Assembly: GCA_963840035.1 (NCBI GenBank)
Contig: CAWIXE010000001.1
Span: 1,152,001-1,216,000 of the forward strand
Origin: a candidate division FCPU426 bacterium
Lineage (GTDB): Bacteria; Oederibacteriota; PGYV01; Palsa-1178
Reading direction: 5' to 3'
DNA: 64,000 nt
Under the pieces are notes generated by a model, which was given only the letters and a program-made list of their open reading frames with translations, was not told the origin of the DNA and did not search any database. Below, piece after piece: positions 63,971 through 64,000 of the stretch. How positions within the stretch are numbered: position 1 is the stretch's first letter; each line of letters opens with the position of its first letter. A program made the position numbers and the translations under genes.

Positions 63971-64000
63971 TTACCCGTGGGTCGAGGTGTAAATATTTAT

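Overview
Bacterial chromosomal window with no rRNA and no CRISPR array. It probably comes from a diderm, poorly characterised lineage: Thr-rich secreted proteins, a PorV-like barrel and a PolC-type replicase occur together. Candidatus Goldbacteria is only my guess at the taxon. Main contents: (1) pckG, bioY and an rpoN-hpf-ptsN-hprK-yvcK-mannose PTS-ptsH-ptsI-galU cluster. (2) A ~9 kb island of 5'-truncated Rhs toxin/immunity cassettes between rpoN and hpf. Its two ends are the halves of a 45-bp palindrome split at a duplicated GGACC. (3) A PolC that lacks the internal proofreading exonuclease. (4) GT-C glycosyltransferases, c-di-GMP proteins (MerR-GGDEF, two PilZ), tRNA-Leu(CAA) and trpB2. 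(5) A three-gene cluster of surface proteins with (Thr-X)n tracts, one of them ~3,750 aa. Intergenic DNA holds several families of inverted elements built from 7-bp repeats, mostly placed right after stop codons, plus REP-like palindromes. All calls come from reading motifs by eye; no searches were run.
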